Below, one piece after another: positions 29,427 to 38,408 of a stretch of 64,000 nucleotides of DNA. The notes below the pieces were generated by a model. That model did no database searches. It saw nothing but the letters and a program-made list of their open reading frames with translations, and was not told where the DNA came from. The DNA lies in contig JANXUK010000067.1 in NCBI GenBank assembly GCA_025356275.1, positions 4,526 through 68,525 of the forward strand, read 5' to 3'. Each line of letters opens with the position of its first letter. The stretch's first letter is position 1. Origin of the DNA: Sphingomonadales bacterium (GTDB lineage: Bacteria; Pseudomonadota; Alphaproteobacteria; Sphingomonadales; Sphingomonadaceae). The translations under genes were made by a program, and so were the position numbers.

Positions 29427-30640
29427 CGACCGAGCTTGCCATCGGCTTCCTGCCGCTGGTCGATGCCTGCCTGCCCATTCTGGCGCAGGAACATGGCTTT
29501 GCCGAGGCGGAAGGCCTCAGTCTGCGGCTCGTCAAGGACATGAGCTGGGCGACCGTGCTCGACCGGCTGCTGTATGGCCATACCGATGCCGCGCATCTGA
29601 TCGCGCCGCTGGCGATTGCCACCACGCTGGGGCGCGGTCGGCCCGCGCAGCCGCTGTCGGTGCCATTTGTGCTGGGGCTCAACGGCAATGCGATCACGAT
29701 GCGGCCCGATCTGGCGGCCGAGGTCAATCCAAGCGGCCGGTTGGGCGATCCGCGCGCGGTGGGTGCGGCTCTGGCGCAGGTCGTCGCAGCCCGAGCAGCA
29801 GCAGGTGGGGGTGCCGACCGGCTGCGGTTCGGTGTTGTTCAGCGCTATTCCAGCCATTCCTACATGCTGCGCTATTGGCTGGCCGCCTGCGGCATCCGGC
29901 CCGATATCGACGTTACCATCACCACCGTCGCGCCGCCGTTTTGTGCCGACGCGCTGGAGGCAGGCGAGGTCGATGCGATCTGCGTGGGTGAGCCGTGGAA
30001 CAGCGTCGCGGTCGGGCGCGGGGTGGGTGAGATCGTGCTGGCCACCGCGCAGATCTGGCGGCGCGGGGTGGAGAAGGTGCTGGCCCTGCGCGAGCCGGTG
30101 CTGGACGCACGGCGCGGCGATATCGAGGCGCTGATTCGCGCGCTGCGCCGGGCGGGTACGCATTTCGTCGATCCCGCCAATTGGGAGGCGAATGCGGCGA
30201 TCCTCGCCCGGTCGCACTATCTCGACGGAAATGAGGCGATGATTCGCAACGCGATCTCCGATCATCTGCTGCTGCGGAACGGCGGCGGCTTGGTGCATTA
30301 CCCTGATTTCATGTTCCAATACCGCGAGGCGGCGAACTTTCCCTGGGTCAGCCAGGCCGAGTGGCTGTATACCCAGATGGCCCGGTGGGAGGGCATGCCC
30401 TTCGACCCCGGCGATGCCGCGCGCGCCGCGCATGTGTTCCGCCCAGACGTATACCGCAGTGCACTCATCGGTGGCCCCGAGCCATTGCCCGGCGCCAGTT
30501 CCAAGGTCGAGGGCAGCGTGAGCCAACGCACCGCTGTGACCACCCAACAAGGCAATATCACCATGGAATCAAACAGCTTTTTCGACGGGCGCATATTCGA
30601 TCCGGTGGACCTGCGCGGATACATGGCAGCGATGCCATGA
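29423..30640 (+). CDS. nasS: Cytoplasmic nitrate sensor NasS (NrtA/CmpA-like, no signal peptide)
   Basis: IGFLPLVDA, SWATVLDRL, LGLNGNAIT, CVGEPWNS, ANFPW; overlaps nasT stop. Confidence 0.92.
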   Translation: MTTELAIGFLPLVDACLPILAQEHGFAEAEGLSLRLVKDMSWATVLDRLLYGHTDAAHLIAPLAIATTLGRGRPAQPLSVPFVLGLNGNAITMRPDLAAEVNPSGRLGDPRAVGAALAQVVAARAAAGGGADRLRFGVVQRYSSHSYMLRYWLAACGIRPDIDVTITTVAPPFCADALEAGEVDAICVGEPWNSVAVGRGVGEIVLATAQIWRRGVEKVLALREPVLDARRGDIEALIRALRRAGTHFVDPANWEANAAILARSHYLDGNEAMIRNAISDHLLLRNGGGLVHYPDFMFQYREAANFPWVSQAEWLYTQMARWEGMPFDPGDAARAAHVFRPDVYRSALIGGPEPLPGASSKVEGSVSQRTAVTTQQGNITMESNSFFDGRIFDPVDLRGYMAAMP

Positions 30641-30649
30641 GGTAAATTA

Positions 30650-30699
30650 TGCCGCAGTGCAAAAAACCGATTGCCACGAACGGGCGAATCACATAGTTT
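30650..30699 (+). promoter_or_regulatory. nas promoter 1: upstream TGCYGCAnYGCA box, TTGCC -35, GANTC in spacer, TAG-type -10
   Basis: Aligns element by element with 35334-35382 (ttgcc, gaatc 15 nt later, atag, ccagcg). Confidence 0.6.
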
Positions 30700-30720
30700 C
30701 GAACCAGCGAAAGTGATGCT

Positions 30721-30824
30721 GTCCAGCGTTGGGCGACGAAACATCCATCGCATTTTTGTTCAAATGAGTGGCAACGGCGCCGCCCGATCTGACCCTTGCC
30801 GGGTCTGTTCGTGGCGGTTTTTTT
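30721..30824 (+). promoter_or_regulatory. NasT antitermination leader 1 (two ANTAR hairpins plus overlapping terminator)
   Basis: P1 gtcc-AGCGTT-gggc (30721-34), P2 ggc-AACGGC-gcc (30770-81), both hexaloops A1/G4; P2 overlaps the 5' arm of terminator ending gttcgtggcggttttttt. Confidence 0.8.
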
Positions 30825-30885
30825 GCGTGCGTGGGGCACGCAGCCGGGGTCAGTTTCGGGGGGCCGAATTGTGCCGGAATGCGTA

Positions 30886-32577
30886 TCAGCGAAGGAGCAG
30901 CGCGGCGATCAGAGCCACGGCCAGTCCGGCGCTGATCAACTGCCACGCCAGCACCGGATTGCGCTCCACCAGCGCGGGGGCGCGGCGCGGGCGGACGGTC
31001 AGCGGCCCGCCGGCCTCCAGCGCGCGCAGCAACGCGATTACATCGCCGAAACGGGCATCGCGGGCCGGGGCCAGCGCGGTGGCGATGGCATCGTCGAGCC
31101 AGCTCGGGATCTCAGGGCGGTGGCTGGCCAGCGGGGGGGCGGCGGCGAATTTGGGCCGCTGAAACGCCTCCTGCTCACCGAACGGCATCCGGCCGGTGAA
31201 CCAACGGTACAGCGTGACGCCCAACGCGAATTGATCGGTCAGCGCGTCGCCGGCGTTACCGTGAAACTGCTCGGGCGCCATGTAGCCGGGGCTGCCGGGG
31301 ATCTCGTCGCCGGTGAAATCCTCGACGCGGGGCAATCGCGCCACCCCCAGATCGATCAGCCTGAGCCCGCCACCGCCGGTCAGCATCACGTTTTCGGGCT
31401 TGATATCGCGGTGGATTACCTCCAGCCGGTGCAGCGCCGCCACCGCCCGCGTCAGGCGGATCGCCTGCTCGATACCCATGCCCAAGGTCGGCAGGCGCCG
31501 CTCGATCCGCGCCGCCATCGTCTCACCATCGAGCAGCGGCTGCACCGCATAGAGCCCGGTCTGACGCTCGGGGCGCACCGGATACGCGGCGAGCACGAAG
31601 GGGCTGGTAACCCGCTGGGCGATCAGGATTTCGCGGGCGAAGGCCAGCCGCATCGCGCGGTCGCTGGCGGCGCGCGGGCGCGGGAATTTGAGCACTACCT
31701 CACCGCCGCCCTCGCGGTCGATGGCGACCAGCAGCACGGCGTAACGCCCCTCGCTCAGCACGCGGGTAACCGCAAACCCGTCGATGCTCTCGCCCGGCGC
31801 AGGCACCGCGATCACCGGCAGGCTGGACAGGCCGGTCAGGATACCATCGAGATCGGGCGCGGGCAGCCGGATCACATCGATGACCAGCGCGGTGGCATTG
31901 TCCTTGCCGCCCGCCGCCAAAGCCGCCTCGACCAGCTCCGCCGCCGTGGCCTCTGCCGAGGTTTGTCGCGCCAGAATTTGCGTGATGGCGCGCGCATTCA
32001 GGCTCCCATGCACCCCGTCGCTGGTCAGCAACAGCCGGTCACGCTCGGCCAGTTCGACCACGCCGTGATCGAGCCTCAGCTCCTCCTCCAGCCCCAGCGC
32101 GCGCAGCAAAACATGGCGCATATCGGGCTCCGGCCTGGTGTGATCATTGGTCAGGCAATGCAGCCGGCCACCGGCAAAGCGCCATGCGCGGCTGTCCCCC
32201 ACATGCACCACATGCGCTCGGCGCCCGCGCAGGGCCAGCCCGGTGAAGGTCGTGGCGCTACCGCCCTGGCCGTTGCCGCGCCCCTGCGCATGCAGCCAGC
32301 GGTTGTAGGCGGCAAGCGCGGTCTGCATCGCGCGGGCCGTGCCCAGCGTGTCGGGCATCTGGTAGAAGCCTTCGATCGCGGCACGCACCGCCAATTCGGC
32401 CGCCATCCGCCCCTCGCGCCCGCCGCTGACCCCATCGGCCACCGCCGCGATGATGCCGCGCGTGGCCCGCTGGTTGGCGGTGCCAAGATGGATCGCGCCG
32501 AAATCCTGATTGTCGGCGCGCGGGCCCACCGCGCTGGCAAAGCCCGCCGCCACCGCCAGTTCGCCCGCATCGCGCAT
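30886..32577 (-). CDS. Bifunctional PP2C-type phosphatase / Ser-Thr protein kinase with C-terminal TM
   Basis: PP2C: NQD, VADGVSG, HVGDSR, LLTSDG, KDN; kinase: VVLK, IHRDIKPEN, DLG, GSPGYMAPE; ATG 32577 with GAGGGG RBS. Confidence 0.92.
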   Translation of the reverse strand: MRDAGELAVAAGFASAVGPRADNQDFGAIHLGTANQRATRGIIAAVADGVSGGREGRMAAELAVRAAIEGFYQMPDTLGTARAMQTALAAYNRWLHAQGRGNGQGGSATTFTGLALRGRRAHVVHVGDSRAWRFAGGRLHCLTNDHTRPEPDMRHVLLRALGLEEELRLDHGVVELAERDRLLLTSDGVHGSLNARAITQILARQTSAEATAAELVEAALAAGGKDNATALVIDVIRLPAPDLDGILTGLSSLPVIAVPAPGESIDGFAVTRVLSEGRYAVLLVAIDREGGGEVVLKFPRPRAASDRAMRLAFAREILIAQRVTSPFVLAAYPVRPERQTGLYAVQPLLDGETMAARIERRLPTLGMGIEQAIRLTRAVAALHRLEVIHRDIKPENVMLTGGGGLRLIDLGVARLPRVEDFTGDEIPGSPGYMAPEQFHGNAGDALTDQFALGVTLYRWFTGRMPFGEQEAFQRPKFAAAPPLASHRPEIPSWLDDAIATALAPARDARFGDVIALLRALEAGGPLTVRPRRAPALVERNPVLAWQLISAGLAVALIAALLLR

Positions 32578-32678
32578 GGTCGCCGCCCCTCGAATTTCCC
32601 CGCGCCGCAACACCCGCGTCGCGCCCGCGTGAGGATCGCCCCTCAAATCATCCCGTCAAGTCTGAGAGGATTACTTCG

Positions 32679-33911
32679 ATGAATACTCCTTCCAAAGCCC
32701 CGCCGATGGCCGGTTTCTGGCAATCCGGCCATAGGCCCACATTGCTGGCGGCCTTTGCCTATTTCGACATTGCCTTCATGGTCTGGGTCATCCTCGGCCC
32801 GTTGGCGCCGATCATTTCCAAGCAGCTCCACCTCGATCCGGGCCAAAAGGGGCTGATGGTGGCGGTGCCCACCCTGGCCGGCGCGGTGCTGCGCATCGTC
32901 AACGGCCTGCTGGTCGACCGGATCGGCCCCAAGCTGACCGGCACGATCAGCCAGGTGGTGGTGATCTGCGGGCTTGCGACCGCTTGGCACTTCGGCATCA
33001 GCAGCTTTCAGGGCACATTGGCCCTGGGCGTGATCCTCGGCTTTGCCGGGGCGAGCTTTGCGGTGGCCCTGCCGCTGGCCAGCCGCTGGTACCCGCCCGA
33101 GCATCAGGGCAAGGCGATGGGCATCGCCGGCATGGGCAATTCGGGCACGGTGTTCGCATCGCTGTTCGCGGCCTTGCTGGCCAAGGCGTTCGGCTGGACC
33201 AATGTGCTGGGCCTTGCGCTGATCCCGTTGATCGCGGTGTTCATCATCTATCTGCTGGTCGCCAAGGACAGCCCGTCGCAGCCCGCGCCCAAGCCATTGT
33301 CGGCCTATGCCGCGGTGTTGAAGGAAGGCGATGCCTGGTGGTTCATGCTGTTCTATGGCGTGACGTTCGGGGGCTTTGTCGGCCTGTCCAGCTCGCTGCC
33401 GACGTTTTATGCCGATGGCTTCGGGGTCACCCCGGTGATCGCCGGTTATTGCACAGCCGCTGCCGTGTTCATGGGTTCGCTGCTGCGCCCGATGGGCGGC
33501 GCGCTGGCAGACCGGATGGGCGGCATAAAGACGCTGAGCTTCGTCTATATCGTGGCCGCCGCACTGCTGGCGGTGATTTCGATCGCGCCGCATGTGCTGC
33601 CGCTGATGGTGTTTCTGTTCATCCTGACGCTCGGCACGCTGGGGGTCGGCAATGGCGCGGTGTTTCAGCTGGTGCCGCAGCGGTTCCGCAGCGAGATCGG
33701 GGTGATGACCGGGCTGGTCGGCTTTGGCGGCGGGGTAGGGGGCTTCTACCTCGCCTTCTCGCTGGGCTATGCCAAGAAGCTGAGCGGCAGCGCTTCGCCA
33801 GGCTTCCTGATCTTTGCCGCGCTGGCGGCGCTGGCGCTGGTGGGGTTGACCTCGGTCAAGAGCCGGTGGCGGACCACATGGGGCGCTGCGCTGGTCGGCG
33901 CGCGGATCTGA
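32679..33911 (+). CDS. narK: MFS nitrate/nitrite transporter (NarK/NasA type)
   Basis: LGFAGASFAVALPLASRWY, AGMGNSG nitrate signatures; 12 TM. Confidence 0.93.
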   Translation: MNTPSKAPPMAGFWQSGHRPTLLAAFAYFDIAFMVWVILGPLAPIISKQLHLDPGQKGLMVAVPTLAGAVLRIVNGLLVDRIGPKLTGTISQVVVICGLATAWHFGISSFQGTLALGVILGFAGASFAVALPLASRWYPPEHQGKAMGIAGMGNSGTVFASLFAALLAKAFGWTNVLGLALIPLIAVFIIYLLVAKDSPSQPAPKPLSAYAAVLKEGDAWWFMLFYGVTFGGFVGLSSSLPTFYADGFGVTPVIAGYCTAAAVFMGSLLRPMGGALADRMGGIKTLSFVYIVAAALLAVISIAPHVLPLMVFLFILTLGTLGVGNGAVFQLVPQRFRSEIGVMTGLVGFGGGVGGFYLAFSLGYAKKLSGSASPGFLIFAALAALALVGLTSVKSRWRTTWGAALVGARI

Positions 33912-33917
33912 CGATCT

Positions 33918-33946
33918 GGCGGCCCCGGTAACACGCCGGGGCCGCC
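33918..33946. other. Perfect 11-bp GC hairpin without U-tract between narK and porin
   Basis: ggcggccccgg-taacacg-ccggggccgcc. Confidence 0.6.
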
Positions 33947-34024
33947 CCATGGCCGAGCCGAAAACGGCCGGGCTGGGCGGTCTCATCCAGAGCTTACAGA
34001 CTCCACTTCATGAGGGAATTTACG

Positions 34025-35302
34025 ATGATCACTCGCTTCACCGCGGCAGTGTTGCCGCTCGCCAGCCTGCTGCTAGCGCCAGCCGCGCATGCCGATACCA
34101 AGCCCGCCGCACCCGCTGGCATTTCCGTACTTATGGGCGATGGGCTGTTGTTCAGCCCGATCCTCGACGCCCGATTGCGTTGGGAGGATGTGCAGCAGCC
34201 GACCAAAAGCGCCGACGCCGTGACTATCCGCGCCCGCGCCGGTTTCGAGGTTCGCGACCCCGCCGCTCATCTGGCGCTGCTGGCCGAAATGTCCGGCGTG
34301 GTGGCGATCGATCAGGGTTACAACGCGCTGCCCTTCGCCGCAGCGACATCGCAATATCGCCCGGCCTATGCGGTGGTTGCCGATCCGGAGAATATCGCGC
34401 TCAACCGGCTGCAATTGCAGTACAGGACCAAGGCCATCGCGCTGACCGTCGGGCGTCAGCGGATCAATCTGGATGACGAACGCTGGGTCGGTTCGGCCGG
34501 GTGGCGCCAGAACGAGCAGACTTTCGATGCGGTGCGCGGCGAGGGCAAATTCGGCCCGCTGCTGGTGGATGGCACCTATTCGGACAGCCAGCGCACGATC
34601 TATGGCGGCGATGCTGACCCGCGCGTGCGCTATCGCGGGCGGTTCGTGTTCCTGGAGGCGGGGGTCAAATTCGGCACGTCGACGCTCAAGGGCTTCAGCT
34701 ATCTGCTCGACTACGATCCGACCGCTTTCAATTTCCAGACCAATTCGTCACAGACCTATGGCGCGCGCTTTGCCAGCACCGTGCCGGCCGGCAAAGTGCT
34801 GAGCCTCAGCCTGACCGCCAGCTATGCCCGCCAGACCAGCTATGCCAGCAACCCGTTCCACTATGGCGCCAGCTATCTCGCCGCCGAGACCGGGCTGGCC
34901 TATCGCGGGCTGACGTTCAAGGGCGGGTATGAACAGCTGGGCAGCGACCCCAATGCCACCGGCGGCGCGCGTGCGCTCCAGACCCCGATGGCCACGCTGC
35001 ACAAGTTCAACGGCTGGGCCGATCTGTTCCTCACCACCCCCGCCAAGGGCCTGCGCGACGCCTATCTGGGCGCAGGCTACAAATTCGCGCAGGTGAAGGC
35101 GCTTCCCGGGCTCAACGCGCAGGTGGTGTATCATCAGTTCAACAGCGACACGGGCGGGCTGAATTACGGGCACGAATGGGATGCCTCGGCCGGGTTCAAG
35201 CTGGGGCGCGTGACCTGGCTGATCAAATACGCCGATTACATCGCGCGGACCTTTGGCACCAACACCCGGAAGCTCTGGTTGCAGGCCGAATTCAGCCTGT
35301 GA
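34025..35302 (+). CDS. Alginate-export (AlgE-like) outer-membrane beta-barrel porin
   Basis: Signal peptide ending AAHA; ARLRWE, GRQRINLDDERWVG..GWRQNEQTFDA, HKFNGWAD; C-terminal aromatic barrel signature. Confidence 0.8.
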   Translation: MITRFTAAVLPLASLLLAPAAHADTKPAAPAGISVLMGDGLLFSPILDARLRWEDVQQPTKSADAVTIRARAGFEVRDPAAHLALLAEMSGVVAIDQGYNALPFAAATSQYRPAYAVVADPENIALNRLQLQYRTKAIALTVGRQRINLDDERWVGSAGWRQNEQTFDAVRGEGKFGPLLVDGTYSDSQRTIYGGDADPRVRYRGRFVFLEAGVKFGTSTLKGFSYLLDYDPTAFNFQTNSSQTYGARFASTVPAGKVLSLSLTASYARQTSYASNPFHYGASYLAAETGLAYRGLTFKGGYEQLGSDPNATGGARALQTPMATLHKFNGWADLFLTTPAKGLRDAYLGAGYKFAQVKALPGLNAQVVYHQFNSDTGGLNYGHEWDASAGFKLGRVTWLIKYADYIARTFGTNTRKLWLQAEFSL

Positions 35303-35333
35303 TCGCACGGTTCCCCGGCGCGCAGGCGCAAAT

Positions 35334-35382
35334 TGCTGCACCGCAATAGATGCTTGCCGTCGGGGCACGAATCGGATAGATA
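35334..35382 (+). promoter_or_regulatory. nas promoter 2 (paralogue of promoter 1)
   Basis: tgctgcaccgca...ttgccg...gaatc..atag; same spacing to leader as promoter 1. Confidence 0.6.
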
Positions 35383-35402
35383 TTCTGCCAGCGCGAACGG
35401 GC

Positions 35403-35510
35403 CATCCAACGCCGGATGTCCAACAGGTTTCACGCATATCGTAACATTGCGTGGCAAAGATGCCGCCCGGTTCGCGCCCCTTCTCCGGGGCCGGTTCGTG
35501 GCGGCTTTTT
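35403..35510 (+). promoter_or_regulatory. NasT antitermination leader 2 upstream of nirB
   Basis: P1 catcc-AACGCC-ggatg (35403-18), P2 ggc-AAAGAT-gcc (35453-64), terminator ending gttcgtggcggcttttt. Confidence 0.85.
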
Positions 35511-35534
35511 GTTGTGCGCGCTTGGAGAACCCTC

Positions 35535-38060
35535 GTGAACGCTCCCGCCACTTTTCCTGATAGTCGCATCCCCCGCCCCGATGGCACTTTGCCGCAGCGG
35601 CTGGTGGTGGTGGGCAATGGCATGGCCGGGTGCCGCGCGGTGGAGGAAATTCTGGCGCGCGATCCTGCGCGCTATGCCATCACAATTTTCGGCGCCGAAC
35701 CAAGGGTCAATTACAACCGGATCATGCTGTCGCCGGTGCTGGCCGGTGAGAAGACCTTCGACGAAATCGTGATAAATGATGCGGCGTGGTATGCTGATAA
35801 TGGCATCACGCTGCTCTCGGGCGATGCGGTGGTGGCGATCGATCGCGCCGCCAAAACCGTGATCGCGGCATCGGGGCGCGTCGAGGCGTATGATCTGCTG
35901 CTGCTGGCCACCGGGTCGGACCCGTTCATCATCCCGGTGCCGGGCAAGGATCTGGCCGGGATGGTCACGTTCCGCGATCTGGACGATGTCGACAAGATGG
36001 TCCGCGCGGCGGACAGCGGCGGCTCCGCCGTGGTGATCGGCGGCGGGCTGCTCGGGCTGGAAGCGGCCCATGGGCTCAGCTTGCGCGGCATGAAGGTGAC
36101 CGTTATCCACCTGATGCCCACGCTGATGGAGCGGCAGCTGGACGAGGCGGCGGGCTGGCTGCTCAAGGCCGAACTGGAGGCGCGCGGGCAATCCATCCTG
36201 ACCGGCGCCGATACCGCCGAGATCATCGGCAAGGACGGGCATGTCTCGGCGGTGCGCCTGAAGGACGGCCGGGTGATCGACGCCGATATCGTGGTGATGG
36301 CGGTCGGCATCCGCCCCGCCACCGCGCTGGCCAAACAGGCTGGGCTGGAGGTCGGGCGCGGCATTCTGGTTGATGATCACATGGTGACCTCGGACCCCGC
36401 CGTGCTGGCGGTGGGCGAATGTGTCGAGCATCGCGGCACCTGCTACGGGCTGGTCGCGCCGCTGTGGGATATGTGCCGCGCTTTGGCCGATCATGCCACC
36501 GGCGCGCCGACCGGCTACGAGGGCTCGGTCACCGCGACCAAGCTCAAGGTTTCGGGGATCGAGGTGTTCTCTGCGGGCGATTTCTCGGGCGGCGACGGGT
36601 GCGAGGATATCGTGATGCGCGATGCCGCGCGCGGGCTCTACAAGCGGGTGGTGGTCAAGGGTGACCGGCTGATCGGGGCGGTGCTCTATGGCGATACCGC
36701 CGATGGCGCGTGGTATTTCGACCTGCTGCGCAAAAGCGTGGACGTATCGGACATCCGCGAGGCGCTGATTTTCGGGCAGGCGTTCGCATCCGGCGGGGGC
36801 GCCCTGCTGGACCCTAATTCGGCCGTTGCCGCCCTCTCGGACGATGCCGAGATCTGCGGTTGCAACGGCGTTTCCAAGGGTAAGGTCGTCAGCTGCATTG
36901 CGCGCGGCGCCCACAGCATCGACGCGGTACGCGCCGGCTGCAAGGCCTCGGCCAGCTGCGGCAGCTGCACCGGCTTGGTCGAGAGCCTGCTGGCCGTCAC
37001 TTTGGGCGATCAATTCGCGGGGGAGCGCGGCGCGCGTACCGTCTGCAAATGCACCAGCTTCACCCACGACGACGTGCGCCGGCTGATCCTGGAAAAGCAC
37101 CTGAAAGCGATCCCCGCGGTGATGCAGGCGCTGCATTGGAGCACGCCGGATGGCTGTGCCTCGTGCCGACCGGCGCTGAATTACTACCTCGTCTGCGCAT
37201 GGCCCGGCGAATATGACGACGACCAGCAGAGCCGCTTCGTCAATGAACGGATGCACGCCAATATCCAGAAGGATGGGACCTATTCGGTGGTGCCCCGGAT
37301 GTGGGGGGGCCTCACCAATCCGCGCGAATTGCGCGCGATCGCCGATGTGGTGGAGAAATATAACGCGCCGATGGTCAAGGTCACGGGCGGCCAGCGGCTC
37401 GATATCTTTGGCATCAGGAAGGAGGACCTGCCCGCGGTCTGGGCCGATCTCAATGCGGCGGGGATGGTGTCGGGGCACGCCTATGGCAAGTCGCTGCGCA
37501 CCGTCAAAACCTGCGTCGGGTCCGAATGGTGCCGCTTCGGCACGCAGGATTCCACCGGGCTGGGCGTCCAGATCGAGCATATGACCTGGGGCAGCTGGAT
37601 GCCGCACAAGTTCAAGATCGCCGTCTCTGGCTGCCCGCGCAATTGCGCCGAGGCGACGATCAAGGACTTCGGCATCATCTGCGTCGACAGCGGTTATGAA
37701 CTGCACGTCGGCGGCAATGGCGGTATCAAGGTGCGGGTCACCGACCTGCTCGGCAAGGTCGCGACCGAGGCCGAGGCGATGGCGCTGTGTGCCGCCTTCA
37801 TCCAGCTCTACCGTGAGCAGGCCTGGTATCTGGAGCGTACCGCGCCGTGGATCGAGCGGGTCGGGCTGGAGCATGTCAAGGCCGGGTTGTTCGACGATCC
37901 GGGCGCGATTGCGGCATTGGCCGCGCGCTTCGCCCATTCGCAAAGCTTTATGCAGGATGATCCCTGGGCCAAACGCGCCGCCGGAGCCGATGCCGACTTG
38001 CACCAGCATCTGGCCGAAGTGCGCCCGCTGGAGTTGGCCCCGATGGAGTTGGTGCGATGA
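35535..38060 (+). CDS. nirB: Assimilatory nitrite reductase large subunit
   Basis: GNGMAG, GGGLLGLEAA, two BFD-like CxC..CxxC, siroheme KTCVGSEWC and SGCPRNC; GTG 35535 with GGAG RBS. Confidence 0.97.
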   Translation: MNAPATFPDSRIPRPDGTLPQRLVVVGNGMAGCRAVEEILARDPARYAITIFGAEPRVNYNRIMLSPVLAGEKTFDEIVINDAAWYADNGITLLSGDAVVAIDRAAKTVIAASGRVEAYDLLLLATGSDPFIIPVPGKDLAGMVTFRDLDDVDKMVRAADSGGSAVVIGGGLLGLEAAHGLSLRGMKVTVIHLMPTLMERQLDEAAGWLLKAELEARGQSILTGADTAEIIGKDGHVSAVRLKDGRVIDADIVVMAVGIRPATALAKQAGLEVGRGILVDDHMVTSDPAVLAVGECVEHRGTCYGLVAPLWDMCRALADHATGAPTGYEGSVTATKLKVSGIEVFSAGDFSGGDGCEDIVMRDAARGLYKRVVVKGDRLIGAVLYGDTADGAWYFDLLRKSVDVSDIREALIFGQAFASGGGALLDPNSAVAALSDDAEICGCNGVSKGKVVSCIARGAHSIDAVRAGCKASASCGSCTGLVESLLAVTLGDQFAGERGARTVCKCTSFTHDDVRRLILEKHLKAIPAVMQALHWSTPDGCASCRPALNYYLVCAWPGEYDDDQQSRFVNERMHANIQKDGTYSVVPRMWGGLTNPRELRAIADVVEKYNAPMVKVTGGQRLDIFGIRKEDLPAVWADLNAAGMVSGHAYGKSLRTVKTCVGSEWCRFGTQDSTGLGVQIEHMTWGSWMPHKFKIAVSGCPRNCAEATIKDFGIICVDSGYELHVGGNGGIKVRVTDLLGKVATEAEAMALCAAFIQLYREQAWYLERTAPWIERVGLEHVKAGLFDDPGAIAALAARFAHSQSFMQDDPWAKRAAGADADLHQHLAEVRPLELAPMELVR

Positions 38061-38401
38061 TCGGGGACTGGCTCGATATCGGCCCGGTCAGCCAGATCAG
38101 CCCGGGCAATGCGCGGACAATGCCGGTGCGGGGAGGTCGCGAGGTGGCGATTTTCCACACGCTGAACAATGAGTTCTATGCGCTGGTCAATGCCTGCCCG
38201 CACAAGGGCGGCCCGCTGAGCCAAGGGATCGTGCATGGCACGGTGGTCGCCTGCCCGCTGCACAATTGGAACATCTCGCTGAAGACCGGCGAGGCGCTGG
38301 GCGAGGACAAGGGATGCGTACCCACGATCCCGTTGCGCATCGATGCCGGGCGGATCTACCTGCTGCGCAGCGCGGTGATCGCGCCCGCGCCGGCCGGTTG
38401 A
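38057..38401 (+). CDS. nirD: Nitrite reductase small (Rieske) subunit
   Basis: CPHKGGPLSQG, CPLHNW. Confidence 0.96.
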   Translation: MIGDWLDIGPVSQISPGNARTMPVRGGREVAIFHTLNNEFYALVNACPHKGGPLSQGIVHGTVVACPLHNWNISLKTGEALGEDKGCVPTIPLRIDAGRIYLLRSAVIAPAPAG

Positions 38402-38408
38402 GGCAGCG

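Noticed and set aside
35360-35380. ggggcacgaatcgg as a sigma54 -24/-12 promoter
   Set aside because: No GC at the -12 position at the required spacing
35430-38009. 859-aa antisense ORF over nirB (likewise 13868-15664, 24267-26060, 30796-32682, 38187-40139)
   Set aside because: Shadow ORFs expected from high GC3; no motifs; the opposite strand encodes recognisable proteins
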